DNA of 64,000 nucleotides from Candidatus Aminicenantales bacterium (GTDB taxonomy: Bacteria; Acidobacteriota; Aminicenantia; Aminicenantales; UBA4085). Shown here in pieces: positions 10,701 to 19,432 of this stretch (position 1 is its first letter; each line of letters begins with the position of its first letter). Under the pieces are notes generated by a model. It saw only the letters and a program-made list of their open reading frames with translations, did not search any database and had not been told where the DNA came from. Position numbers and translations under genes: made by a program. Location of the stretch: positions 1-64,000 of the forward strand of contig JBEKTZ010000006.1 in the NCBI GenBank assembly GCA_049515535.1, written 5' to 3'.

Positions 10701-10958
10701 AACATGAAAGGCTCGGAGGCGAATCTGGCCTTCCCGGGCATGCTGAATGAACAGTTCGATTCTTTCGCTTCAAGCGTTGAAGGTGCCGACACAGCGCCAA
10801 CCCAACAGCAATATGAGGTTTACACGATGCTGGATGCCGGTCTGGCGGATCAGCTCAAGAAGCTGGATAGCATCATCAGTGCCGACCTGGCGACTTTTGA
10901 GGAGGCCTCGAAGGGGTACAATATCCCCGTGCTCTTCGTGCCCAAAGCCCGGCACTAG
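7782..10958 (+). CDS. VPS10/BNR-repeat (sortilin-like) putative glycosyl hydrolase
   Basis: GAGGAG RBS, signal peptide, WRLVGPFRGGR, multiple Asp-box S.D.G.TW repeats. Confidence 0.9.
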   Translation: MKTKTRLIFLVVFFTAAICLAQSGGKAGEAAKPAPMHFDQNLIQGMKWRLVGPFRGGRVLAVEGIVNEPNVYYMGAVAGGVWKTTDGGHNWNPLFDRQSVSSIGSMAVAPSNHTIVYAGSGEACIRGDISYGDGVYKSTDAGRTWKNVGLRDTRHIGAVIVDPQNPDVVFVAALGHAYGPNSERGLFRSMDGGTTWSKVLSKDDKTGAVDVVFDPGNSSILYATLWEVYRTPYSLSSGGPGGGLYKSVDRGLTWNRVGGKGFPAGVLGRIGVSVSGGDSNRVYALIEAEESGLYRSDDAGESWIKVNDDGRIRQRPWYYCHVFADPKSADTVYVLNTGLLRSIDGGKSFNLLPAPHGDHHGLWIDPTNPERMINGNDGGASITTDGGKTWTTQENQPTAQFYHVATDNRFPYFIYGAQQDNTSIAIASMDDEGAIGRQDWYPVGSGECGYIAPDPRDSSIVYAGAEGLLTRFDKRSEQASDISVWPLDVSGHGAESLKYRFQWTSPMFLSPHDPDVIYIAAERVFKSIDHGQSWKAISGDLTRNDKSKQKPSGGPLTKDITSVEYYDTIFALAESPLKKGMLWAGTDDGLVHISMDDGQNWSNVTPKQLPEWSMISIIDPSAHDAGTAYIAVDRHKLDDYRPYIYKTSDYGKSWSFIVSGIPEGTYVHAVREDPKRKGLLYAGTEIGVFFSLDDGGHWNSLQLNLPTAPIHDLVIKNNDLVVATHGRSFWVLDDIVPLRQIDSTAANQEMLLFTPQPAYRLHYPGQVDRRRPVGENPPPGAIIDYYFKEAPKGEITLQIIDNEGKPVRTLSSIEKKEAEQPPEWPGQVREMKTIPASAGMKRYVWNLRFDDPIKVPGAFYSEGGPRGPLVLPGKYQIKLTADGRTQSAALEVLADPRVKVPAADLEKQFDLSMRIYHSISRMHEAINQIRDLKSQIQSLRKRLEDDPKLKPLVAASEDLEKKLSLVEEKLIQVNMKGSEANLAFPGMLNEQFDSFASSVEGADTAPTQQQYEVYTMLDAGLADQLKKLDSIISADLATFEEASKGYNIPVLFVPKARH

Positions 10959-11099
10959 TGGGTCGCGGGCGAACACTCCTGGCAGGCTAGGAACAGGGCG
11001 GAGGAGTGAAAATCTGCTGATCTGTGCCGGCTAAGCTCGGGTTCTTTTCCACGCTCCTGACCTGACCCGGGAGGACATGGGTCTCCACGGGTTGCCGGC

Positions 11100-11219
11100 C
11101 ACAGGGCAAAGGCGATCTGCTCCTCCGTGAACTTCGATGTCTTCATCGACAAAACCTCCTCCAAAAGATTTTGCCGGAAAACTCACATTTTGTCTGGACC
11201 ATTTTTAAGGGATGAGATC
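11100..11219 (-). mobile_element. IS3-family remnant (left end plus OrfA start)
   Basis: MKTSKFTEEQIAFAL; IR-like GATCTCATCCCTTAAAAATGGTCCAG on the minus strand. Confidence 0.75.
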
Positions 11220-11299
11220 CTAAGCAAGTCCATTTTTAACCGCCTCATAATCTCGATCGTGAAGGAGGCAGTCGGCCACGGCGACTGTTAAGGGAATAT

Positions 11300-11381
11300 G
11301 AGACACAATACCCATTTCCCAATTTTCGGGAGTGGTCGGATAGGAGTAGGCAGTATCAGGGAATCAGGTATTGTGGCTCCC
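11300..11381 (+). repeat. Family B hairpin repeat, copy 1
   Basis: GAGACACAATAC...TTCGGGAGTG...GTATTGTGGCTCC. Confidence 0.85.
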
Positions 11382-11524
11382 TATTAAATTTATTCGTCGG
11401 AGGCCAAGACCTTCACATGCTCCGTCGTCTCTTCCAATGAAGGAGGTTTCGAGATTTTAAATCAATACAAGATAAATAGTAAAAATATCTTGTATTATTT
11501 ATAAACGTCATGTAAATTGGAGGT

Positions 11525-11764
11525 ATGGACAAAATGCAAACGACGATCTCCAAGCGTGGACAGACGGTCGTTCCCGCCGTTCTCCGGCGAAAACACAAGA
11601 TCGGAGAAGGCGACCGGCTCGTCTGGATCGACGACGGAGAAACAATTAAAGTGGTCCCTGTTTCCGGCGACTCCGTCCGGACCCTCAAGGGAATCGCCCG
11701 GGGCGAGGGGCTGCGGGAAGACCTCTTGAGATGGCGGCGCGAGGAGCGATCGCGTGAAACCTGA
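11525..11764 (+). CDS. AbrB/MazE/SpoVT-family antitoxin
   Basis: TISKRGQTVVPAVLRRKHKIGEGDRLVW; GGAGG RBS. Confidence 0.9.
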   Translation: MDKMQTTISKRGQTVVPAVLRRKHKIGEGDRLVWIDDGETIKVVPVSGDSVRTLKGIARGEGLREDLLRWRREERSRET

Positions 11765-12164
11765 TCGCTACGTCCTGGACACGTCCGCGTTGTTTTCCTA
11801 CATGGAAGACGAGTTTGGTTCCGCTTTCGTGGAACAAGTCCTGAACGACCCAAGGTCCTCTGTCCTCATTCCCTGGCCGGTTCTCTTTGAAGTCTATTAC
11901 GCAACGCGACGGAAAAAAGGCGAGAGGGAGGCGGATCGCCGTTATGTCCTGGTCAAGGAACTGCCGGCCGAGATCGTCTGGGCCTTCGATGAGCCGCGCC
12001 TCTTGTCGGCCGCTCGGATCAAGGCCCGGTTTCCACTTTCGTTTGCTGACGCCATCATCGCGGCGACGGCCGAGCGGGAACGCGCCGTGCTTGTTCACAA
12101 GGATCCCGAATTCGACGCGCTCGAAGGGACTGTCCGGCTGCGATCCCTGCCTTATAAAAATTGA
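11754..12164 (+). CDS. vapC: PIN-domain (VapC-like) toxin
   Basis: YVLDTSA, EVYY, LSFADAIIAATA, LVHKDPEF; overlaps the antitoxin gene. Confidence 0.9.
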   Translation: MKPDRYVLDTSALFSYMEDEFGSAFVEQVLNDPRSSVLIPWPVLFEVYYATRRKKGEREADRRYVLVKELPAEIVWAFDEPRLLSAARIKARFPLSFADAIIAATAERERAVLVHKDPEFDALEGTVRLRSLPYKN

Positions 12165-12357
12165 TCGGTGGTCGGATGGCTTCCTTCGCGGCCATTCCCT
12201 TATTGTTGACATCGACCCGTAGCGGGGAATATTCTTTTCTCATGAAGGGTGGTACCGATTCCGAGCTTAAGAGGAGCGAAAGTCGCGCAACGGGAGAAAG
12301 CAATTTCTTATTTGAATCCGGCAGCTGATAGGCTGCAGCCTTGAATTAATTGACCCC

Positions 12358-13113
12358 ATGCCGAATAATATTCTTATGAAAAGGGGGACGAAAACAGCAG
12401 CTTCCGTTTCAATGATAGTCGTTTGCTGCGTGTGTGTCGGGCGGCCCTTATCGGCGCAATCCTCGGACGAGTTGTTCGCCCGCCGGCGCCGGACCATGGT
12501 TGTCGAACAGCTTGAGTCCCGGGATATAAAGGACAAACGCGTTCTTGAGGCAATGCGACAGGTCCCGCGCCATCTCTTCGTCCCCCTCTCCTATCGCGAC
12601 CAGGCGTATGCGGACCATCCGCTGCCCATCGGTGAAGACCAGACGATCTCCCAGCCTTACATCGTCGCCCTAATGACCCAGTGCATGGAGCTGAAGGGTC
12701 AGGAAAACATCCTCGAGGTCGGCACGGGCTCGGGATACCAGGCGGCCGTCCTATCTCTCCTGGCCTCCCGGGTTTACAGCATCGAGATCAATGCGACCCT
12801 GGCCGAAAGCGCCCGGAACCTGCTCCACAACCTCGGGTGCGCCAACGTCGACGTCCGAACCGGCGACGGCTTTTTCGGCTGGCCGGGAAAAGCGCCTTTT
12901 GACGGAATCATCGTTACGTGTGCCGCCCGGCGCGTGCCCGGTCCTTTGTTCGAACAGCTCAAGGAGGGCGGCCGGATGGTGATCCCCGTGGGCGAAACGG
13001 GCGAAGGCCAGCGGCTCATCCGAGTGCGCAAGCTCAAGGGAAAAGCCTACGAGGAAGAGATCTCCCTGGTCACGTTCGTTCCTATGCTCGGCCAGGACAA
13101 GAAAAAAGACTGA
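12358..13113 (+). CDS. pcm: Protein-L-isoaspartate(D-aspartate) O-methyltransferase with an N-terminal signal-like extension
   Basis: VPRHLFVP, QTISQPYIVALM, LEVGTGSGYQAA, APFDGIIVT, FVPM. Confidence 0.93.
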   Translation: MPNNILMKRGTKTAASVSMIVVCCVCVGRPLSAQSSDELFARRRRTMVVEQLESRDIKDKRVLEAMRQVPRHLFVPLSYRDQAYADHPLPIGEDQTISQPYIVALMTQCMELKGQENILEVGTGSGYQAAVLSLLASRVYSIEINATLAESARNLLHNLGCANVDVRTGDGFFGWPGKAPFDGIIVTCAARRVPGPLFEQLKEGGRMVIPVGETGEGQRLIRVRKLKGKAYEEEISLVTFVPMLGQDKKKD

Positions 13114-13157
13114 CCGCTATCATCGCCGTTTTCCGGCAGACAGTCCGCCTGGATCTG

Positions 13158-14879
13158 CTATTTCCGCCCCGCGAGCTGTTCGTCCCGCCTTGGCTTGAAC
13201 TCCGAGCCGGGCTTCCATTCCGGCATCTTGGTTGCCATGGCGACGCGATAGCCGACCGCGAGATAAAGCTGGAGGTCCTCGACGGCGCCGCCGAGGTCCC
13301 AATCCGGGCGGACCTCATCGGAGGGCTTGTGGTAGTTATTCCGCGTGTAGTCCTCGCGGATCTTGAGGCCCCAATCCGCTGGCCGGCCGATGAAATCGAT
13401 CCCGGCGCCCGGGTTGATCGCCGGAACGCCCTGCTTGGCGAAGGAGAAGTGGTCGGAACGGAAGAACGATCCATTTTCCGGCGTCGGGTCGGGCTTCAGG
13501 ACCCGACCCTGCTCCGCGGACGCGCTCTGCATATAATCATCGAGCTCCGAGTTCCCGAGGCCGACGATCACGAGGTCCTTCGTCCGGCCATGGACGTTCA
13601 TGGCGTCGATGTTGATGACGCCGGCCGTTTGGGCCAGCGGGTAGATCGGGTGGAGGGCGTAGTAGGCGGATCCAAGCAATCCCTGTTCTTCAGCGGTGAC
13701 GAAGAGGATGAGGACGGACCGCTTCGGCGGCGGGTTGATCTTGGTGAGAGAGCGCGCCAGCTCGATGATGCCGCCGATGCCGGTCGCGTTGTCGATGGCC
13801 CCGTTGTAGATTTTGTCGCCGTTGATCTCGGGCCCGATCCCGAAGTGATCCCAATGAGCCGTGTAGATCACGTATTCGTCCTTAAACACAGGATCGCTCC
13901 CTTCGATCCGGGCCACGACGTTTGTCGAGTCGATCGTCCGGAGTTTGTTCCTGAGGGTGATCGAGGCGGTCGTCCTGAGGGGGACCGGTTTGAATGCGCG
14001 GGTGGCCGCGCCCTTTTTCAGGGTCTCGAAGTCCTGCCCGGCCGCCGCGAAAAGCGTCTTCGCCTGGTCCAGCGTCATCCAGCCTTCGACCGCCGCGCGT
14101 CCCATGTTCTTTTCGGGCGAAACTAGGTCGAACTGTTCGGTGACCTTGCTCTGGACCACCGAGAACGGGTAGGCCGCCGGCTCGGTCTCGTGGACGATCA
14201 GCACCGCGGCCGCGCCCATCTTCGCGCCCATTTCGTATTTGTAGGACCAACGGCCGTAATAGGTCATGGCCCGGCCGCCGAACGTCTTGGGGTCGAGCGC
14301 GGTTGGGTCGGCCGGGTCCGGGACCGGAGGATCGCCAATCAGCACAACCATCGTTTTGCCTTTGAGATCGACTCCCTTGTAATCGTCCCAGGAGAACTCA
14401 GGGGCTTGCACTCCGTACCCGACGAAGACCATCTTGGAGTTGTCCAGGCTGACGGTCTCGAGAAAACGCTTCGTCCAGGCGACATAATCGTCTTTCCATT
14501 TCAGGTCCTGGTGGCGGCCGCCATTGCGGAAGCTCAGCACGGGGCTGCCCTGGACGGCGATCCCGGCCAGCGGGACCTTCTGGATATAGGTCCCGTCGGT
14601 GTTCCCGGGCTTGAGGCCGAGGCGCTTGAGCTGATCCACCATATAGGCGACGCTCAATTCCTCGCCCCGGGTTCCGGGGGCACGGCCCTCGTATTCGTCG
14701 GAGGCCAAGACCTTCACGTGCTCCAGCACGGCGTTGCCGTCAATGGGGGGCATGGAGGATACGCTCAGGGTTGACGGCTTCGGAGAAGGCTTGGAAGGTC
14801 CTCCGCAGGCCGGGAACAAGAGAACAAGGACCAAAAGTCCAAAAGATAGCAGTCTGCAACATATCGGGATTCTTCGCAT
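13158..14879 (-). CDS. M28-family metallopeptidase lipoprotein with PA domain
   Basis: Lipobox-like FPAC, LASDEYEGR, TAHWDHFG, GAIDNATG, TAEEQGLLGS, RSDHFSF, YHKPSD. Confidence 0.92.
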   Translation of the reverse strand: MRRIPICCRLLSFGLLVLVLLFPACGGPSKPSPKPSTLSVSSMPPIDGNAVLEHVKVLASDEYEGRAPGTRGEELSVAYMVDQLKRLGLKPGNTDGTYIQKVPLAGIAVQGSPVLSFRNGGRHQDLKWKDDYVAWTKRFLETVSLDNSKMVFVGYGVQAPEFSWDDYKGVDLKGKTMVVLIGDPPVPDPADPTALDPKTFGGRAMTYYGRWSYKYEMGAKMGAAAVLIVHETEPAAYPFSVVQSKVTEQFDLVSPEKNMGRAAVEGWMTLDQAKTLFAAAGQDFETLKKGAATRAFKPVPLRTTASITLRNKLRTIDSTNVVARIEGSDPVFKDEYVIYTAHWDHFGIGPEINGDKIYNGAIDNATGIGGIIELARSLTKINPPPKRSVLILFVTAEEQGLLGSAYYALHPIYPLAQTAGVINIDAMNVHGRTKDLVIVGLGNSELDDYMQSASAEQGRVLKPDPTPENGSFFRSDHFSFAKQGVPAINPGAGIDFIGRPADWGLKIREDYTRNNYHKPSDEVRPDWDLGGAVEDLQLYLAVGYRVAMATKMPEWKPGSEFKPRRDEQLAGRK

Positions 14880-15004
14880 GACGCCCTCCATGGGAGAGGT
14901 TATATCGCCGTCCGCGGACCGGTGTCAAGAAAAAAGGTGGGAGATATCGGATCGATGAGGATCAGCAGGACCTTTGATCTTCCAGGCCGTTCTTGGCCAA
15001 TGCC

Positions 15005-15100
15005 TCGTCGATCTCGAGCCGGCGGCTGGATAAAGATTTCTGGACGGGGTTTGAGAACATATCGGGCAAGTCGGAGAGGGAGGGGGAAAGAGGGGGAGAG
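15005..15100 (+). repeat. Family A repeat
   Basis: GCCGGCGGCTGGATAAAGATTTCTGGACGGGGTTTGAGAACATATCGGGCAAGTCGGAGAGGG. Confidence 0.9.
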
Positions 15101-15104
15101 CAAA

Positions 15105-15133
15105 TTGACGCTTCCTCGAAATTTTGATAATCT
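15105..15133 (+). promoter_or_regulatory. Sigma70-type promoter of kinase 1
   Basis: TTGACG-17 bp-TAATCT with extended -10 TG; nearly the same as 45781-45809. Confidence 0.7.
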
Positions 15134-15162
15134 TGAGCCACACCTGATTGAAGGGGTCAGGA

Positions 15163-17547
15163 ATGGCTATTAAGTGCCCAAAATGCCAGGTTGAAAATCC
15201 AGCCGGAGCGGTTTACTGCGCCAAGTGCGCGACCAAGCTGGAAGCCGCCGGGATGGGGGAGGGATTCTCCTTCACTCGGACCTTCGCCGGGCCCGAGGAT
15301 CGATATCAGCCCGGAGGCATGATCGGCGGCAGGTACAAGCTTCAGACCATTGCCGGCCGCGGTGGGATGGGCGTCGTTTTCAAAGCCGAGGACACGAGAC
15401 TGCGGCGGACGGTCGCCCTCAAGTTCCTGCCCGAGGAATTCAGCCGGGCGCCGGAGGCCAAGGAGCGATTTTTACGCGAAGCCCAGGCCGCGGCCATTCT
15501 CGACCATCCGAACATCTGCCCCATTTATGAAGTCGACGAAGCCGATGGGGCGACGTTCTTCACCATGGCCTTCGTCGATGGCCTCAGCCTCAAGGATAAG
15601 ATCGCCGCAGGGCCCGTGCCTCTCCTCGAAGTGATCGATCTCGCCCTCCAGATCGCCGAAGGCCTGAAGGCCGCCCACGAAAAAGGAGTCGTCCACAGAG
15701 ACATCAAGCCGGCCAACATCATGCTCGGCCGGGAGGGGCAGGCCCGGATCACGGATTTCGGCCTGGCCTCGCTCGAAGGCGGGGCCGCCCTCACCCGCCC
15801 TCAAACGGTCCTAGGCACAGCGGCCTACATGTCGCCGGAGCAGGTTCGGGGCGAGAAGGCCGATGGGCGGACCGATATCTGGGCCTTCGGCTGCACCCTT
15901 TATGAAATGACGACCGGCCGTCGTCCGTTCCCGGGAGAGCACGGACAGGCCGTACTCTACGAGATTCTGAATGAGACCTCGCCGCCTCCCTCCGCGCTCA
16001 GGGTCGACGTTCTGCCGGGATTGGAAAAGGTCATCCTCAAGTGCCTTCAAAAAAAACCCGCCGACCGCTATCCGGACATGGAAAGCGTCATCGATGCCCT
16101 GAAGGGCGTGAGCGTCCGGCGGCCCGCGGCGGAGGGCGAACCGGCTGCGCCGAAAGAGGTCCTGCCCTCGTTGGCCGTCCTGCCTTTCGCCGATATGAGC
16201 TCGGCCAAGGACCAGGACTATTTCGCCGAAGGGCTGGCCGAAGAGCTCATCCACGCCCTCGCCCGCATCCGGGGGATCCGGGTCGTGGCCCGGACATCGG
16301 CCTTCGCTCTCAAAGGCCTGAAATTGGACGTCCGGGAGATCGGGAAAAGGCTCGACGTCCGGGCCGTCCTCGAAGGGAGCGTCCGGAAAGCCGGACACCG
16401 GCTCCGGATCACGGCCCAGCTCATCGATGCCCGGACCGGCCTCCACATATGGTCGGAGCGGTTCGACCGGGAGGAGGCCGACGTCTTCGACATCCAGGAC
16501 GAGATCTCGCTGGCCATCGTGGAGCATCTCAAGGTCTCCCTTCTGGCCGGGGAGAAAACGGCCCTCCGGAGGCGTTCCACCGACGATCCGGAAGCCTACA
16601 ATCTCTACTTGAAGGGGCTCTACTTCGTCGCCCGGCCGAATCCCGAGGCCATCGGGAAGGCCTTGAATTTCTTTCACGAAGCCATCGGCCGGGACCCGAA
16701 CTTCGCTCTGGCCCACACGGGCGTCGCCACCGTCTTTTCCACCCTGGGGATCATGAATCTGGCCCCGCCGGCCGAGATGTATCCGAAAGCCAAAGCGGCC
16801 CTTGAAAAATCGCTGAGCCTGGACCCGGATTTGGCCGAGGCCCATGCCGTCGCCGCTTCACTGCAGTTCTGGTTCGAATGGAATTGGACGGCTGCCGAGA
16901 AGAGCTTCGGCCGGGTCCTGGCGCTCAATCCGGGCGACGCGATGTCCCGGGGGCAATATGCCTGGCTGCTGATGAACAGGAAGCGGTTCGACGAAAGCGT
17001 CCAGGAGATCAAGCGCGCCCTGGCCATCGATCCGCTGATGCCCCTCTTCTATGCCTGGTCGATCGGCCTTCATAACACCGCCGGCCGCTATGATGAAGCC
17101 CTTGGGGAATTTACGAAGATGGGGCAGATCGATCCCAACTTCGGCTTGGCTTATTTTCATGCCGGAATGGCCTACTACCTAAAAGGCCTTTATGACGAAT
17201 CCATCAAGACGCTCGAAAAAGGGCGCGAACTTGTCGTTTTCCCGGGTTGGATCGAAGGGATGCTTTTGTTTTGTCATCTCAAGAAAGGAGACCGCAAAAA
17301 GGCCGAGGAGATTTTGGCCGCGGAGCTCGAAGATAGAAAGAGATCGCCAGTCTCACCAGTGTGCCTGGCGTGGGATTTCGCCGCCCTCGGAAATCTCGAC
17401 AGCGCCATTCAGTGGTTGGAAACGGCGATCCAGGAGCGCGATACTTTAATGGCCTTCATTCACGTTTATACGGAAATGGTCAACCCGGTCCTCGCCCGCG
17501 ATCCGCGGTTCGACACGATCTTAAAAAAAATGAATTTGACGAAGTGA
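15163..17547 (+). CDS. Zn-ribbon Ser/Thr protein kinase with TolB-like and TPR domains (cytoplasmic)
   Basis: CPKC..CAKC, GRGGMGVV, HRDIKPAN, DFG, YMSPEQ, SLAVLPF, TPR repeats; no TM seen. Confidence 0.93.
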   Translation: MAIKCPKCQVENPAGAVYCAKCATKLEAAGMGEGFSFTRTFAGPEDRYQPGGMIGGRYKLQTIAGRGGMGVVFKAEDTRLRRTVALKFLPEEFSRAPEAKERFLREAQAAAILDHPNICPIYEVDEADGATFFTMAFVDGLSLKDKIAAGPVPLLEVIDLALQIAEGLKAAHEKGVVHRDIKPANIMLGREGQARITDFGLASLEGGAALTRPQTVLGTAAYMSPEQVRGEKADGRTDIWAFGCTLYEMTTGRRPFPGEHGQAVLYEILNETSPPPSALRVDVLPGLEKVILKCLQKKPADRYPDMESVIDALKGVSVRRPAAEGEPAAPKEVLPSLAVLPFADMSSAKDQDYFAEGLAEELIHALARIRGIRVVARTSAFALKGLKLDVREIGKRLDVRAVLEGSVRKAGHRLRITAQLIDARTGLHIWSERFDREEADVFDIQDEISLAIVEHLKVSLLAGEKTALRRRSTDDPEAYNLYLKGLYFVARPNPEAIGKALNFFHEAIGRDPNFALAHTGVATVFSTLGIMNLAPPAEMYPKAKAALEKSLSLDPDLAEAHAVAASLQFWFEWNWTAAEKSFGRVLALNPGDAMSRGQYAWLLMNRKRFDESVQEIKRALAIDPLMPLFYAWSIGLHNTAGRYDEALGEFTKMGQIDPNFGLAYFHAGMAYYLKGLYDESIKTLEKGRELVVFPGWIEGMLLFCHLKKGDRKKAEEILAAELEDRKRSPVSPVCLAWDFAALGNLDSAIQWLETAIQERDTLMAFIHVYTEMVNPVLARDPRFDTILKKMNLTK

Positions 17548-17568
17548 TTTCGGGATAGCACCGACCAT

Positions 17569-17658
17569 CCTCGCCATCCGGAACGCACCGTCCTCTTCCG
17601 GGTGTTGTTCCATCATTTTGAGCGCTTCGTCGCGGAGTACGAGGAGCTTTTCGATCAG
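17569..17658 (+). pseudogene. Putative IS91-family transposase N-terminal fragment
   Basis: PRHPERTVLFRVLFHHFERFVAEYEELFD resembles the segment before the IS91 transposase zinc-binding domain (recognised from memory, not searched). Confidence 0.55.
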
Positions 17659-17663
17659 ATGGA

Positions 17664-17800
17664 GATCAACATCCTGGGCAAGTCGTCGAGGATAAAAGAG
17701 AGCGGCGCCGGCGGATGAAGATCGAATTATAAAGGTGGTTTCAGAACATCCCGGGCAAAGAGAAGAGGAGGGAGGGGGAAGGGAGCTGCAGGAAGAGGAG
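17664..17800 (+). repeat. Family A repeat
   Basis: GATCAACATCCTGGGCAAGTCGTCGAGG...GCGGCGCCGGCGGATGAAGATCGAATTATAAAGGTGGTTTCAGAACATCCCGGGCAAAG. Confidence 0.9.
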
Positions 17801-17951
17801 CGGGTCATTTTTCTACGCTTGCTGATATGTTTTCCGCCTGGCGCCAGCGTTGCCGCTTTTGGTTCCCTTCCGATTGCCGCCTTCAGGAAATCTGCTGAGT
17901 GTCAGTGCTATTGACGTTTTCCTTTCCCGACTTTCTGCCGGGCTTTTGGGC

Positions 17952-18542
17952 TTATGACGTCAGCGCTTTCCTGAGATCGTGGGCCGATTGGGCGAGGGAG
18001 ACCCGGAGGTAGCGGGATTGTTCTTTTACGCTCCGGCTGATCGGGCCTTCCGATCCTTTTTCGACGCGGACCGCGACGAACACGGGTCCCTCTCCGGACA
18101 GCACTTCGGGTAGCGTCCTCCTATACAAATCCGGGTCCTCAAAATAATAAACCCGCCGGAAGCCGGCGCCGCGCGCCAGCAAGGGAAAGTCGATCCCACT
18201 GGCTGCCGGAATTTCCTGATTTCCGGTGATCTCGTACGTATCGTTTTGGACGACGAAGAGGACAAGGTTCTTCGTCCCCGCGGCCGTCACCGTGGCCAGC
18301 GTGCCCAGCGTCATCAGCATGCTTCCGTCGCCGTTCAGGCAGATGACTTTGCGCTGCGGCTGGGCCAGGGCAATTCCCAGGGCGAGGTCGGCTGTATGCC
18401 CCATAGCGCTGTCGGCCGAGGCAAAATCTAGATCGCTTGACGAATACGTCCCCCAGGGACGGGTGACGCTCATGCAGGTTACGACGACGCTCCGGCCTCG
18501 GAGTTCCGCCAAGGGTTTGAGCAACTGATCTTTCGTCATCAT
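17952..18542 (-). CDS. TPP-dependent decarboxylase beta subunit (sulfopyruvate/phosphonopyruvate decarboxylase-like)
   Basis: SAMGH, NGDGSMLM...VQNDTYEITG TPP-binding motif. Confidence 0.85.
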   Translation of the reverse strand: MMTKDQLLKPLAELRGRSVVVTCMSVTRPWGTYSSSDLDFASADSAMGHTADLALGIALAQPQRKVICLNGDGSMLMTLGTLATVTAAGTKNLVLFVVQNDTYEITGNQEIPAASGIDFPLLARGAGFRRVYYFEDPDLYRRTLPEVLSGEGPVFVAVRVEKGSEGPISRSVKEQSRYLRVSLAQSAHDLRKALTS

Positions 18543-18559
18543 GGTCCCTGCCGTCCGTC

Positions 18560-19099
18560 TCAGCTCATGTCCCCGGTCACAAGAAGCGCAACCGGCCTCG
18601 ATTCTCTCTCCGCGCGGGAAAATGCTTGCGCGATCTTGGGGAGGTCGGCGTCGGTTTCGAGAAAATCAAAGGGCACATTCCATGCGTTCAGAGTCGGTTC
18701 CGTGAGGATTGCCGCCGAATCCAAGTCCGCCCGGCTGAATTCTTCAATCGTCCATGGCCTCGGCTCGGCCTTGACTGATTGACGCCGCATCTCCTTATAG
18801 CCGCGATAGGTGATTAGGCAGACAAGCGGGATTCGCATGCGCTGGGCCGTTCCGCGAAGGCCGTCTCCGCTTTCCAGAAATCCCGTATTCTGGACTACAA
18901 CCACTGCCGTCTTTCCGCCGATCCATAATCCGGAGGCCAGGGCGAACGCTTCCCCTTCGCGGGTGACACTGATGAACCTGACGGAATCATCGTTGGCGAG
19001 AAGAGCCACTAGAGTTGCCGAAGCATTGTCCGCGAGACCGACCACATGTGTCACGCCGCAGGCTTTCAATTCTTTCAATACCGATTTTGCGCAGACCAT
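18560..19099 (-). CDS. TPP-dependent decarboxylase alpha subunit (ComD-like)
   Basis: GVTHVVGLAD, VTREGEAFALASG, QNTG, IPLVCLITYRG, TEPTL; start placed at MVCAK. Confidence 0.85.
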   Translation of the reverse strand: MVCAKSVLKELKACGVTHVVGLADNASATLVALLANDDSVRFISVTREGEAFALASGLWIGGKTAVVVVQNTGFLESGDGLRGTAQRMRIPLVCLITYRGYKEMRRQSVKAEPRPWTIEEFSRADLDSAAILTEPTLNAWNVPFDFLETDADLPKIAQAFSRAERESRPVALLVTGDMS

Positions 19100-19298
19100 G
19101 GTTGGCGCTCGATAAATATTCTCTCGAATCGGACGATTATCTCGCCGTCGGGCTTGGATCCGACGCTTCCCCATTTGGGAATGATATCTCCTAACGAGAA
19201 TGGACGTCAAGAATTCCTTATCTGAGCTAGTCCAGATAGAGTGAAAGGCGCAGCGTGGCTTAAATTGAAGTTGACGGTGGCGCTTTAACTGCAGCTCC

Positions 19299-19349
19299 AG
19301 CCGGTGGAACGAGATCTTCGGCGATCCGATCATCGCCACGTCCATCCTC
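19299..19349 (+). pseudogene. IS21 IstB fragment
   Basis: SRWNEIFGDPIIATSIL resembles the IstB W.EIFGD...ATAILDRL motif. Confidence 0.6.
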
Positions 19350-19358
19350 GCGTGCGCT

Positions 19359-19410
19359 AACGATTAACATTTTTGGCAAGTCGTCGAGGGTGAGCGGCGG
19401 AGAGACGGAG
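19359..19410 (+). repeat. Family A half copy
   Basis: AACGATTAACATTTTTGGCAAGTCGTCGAGGG..GCGGCGG. Confidence 0.75.
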
Positions 19411-19432
19411 CGAACAGTTTGAATTATGACGC

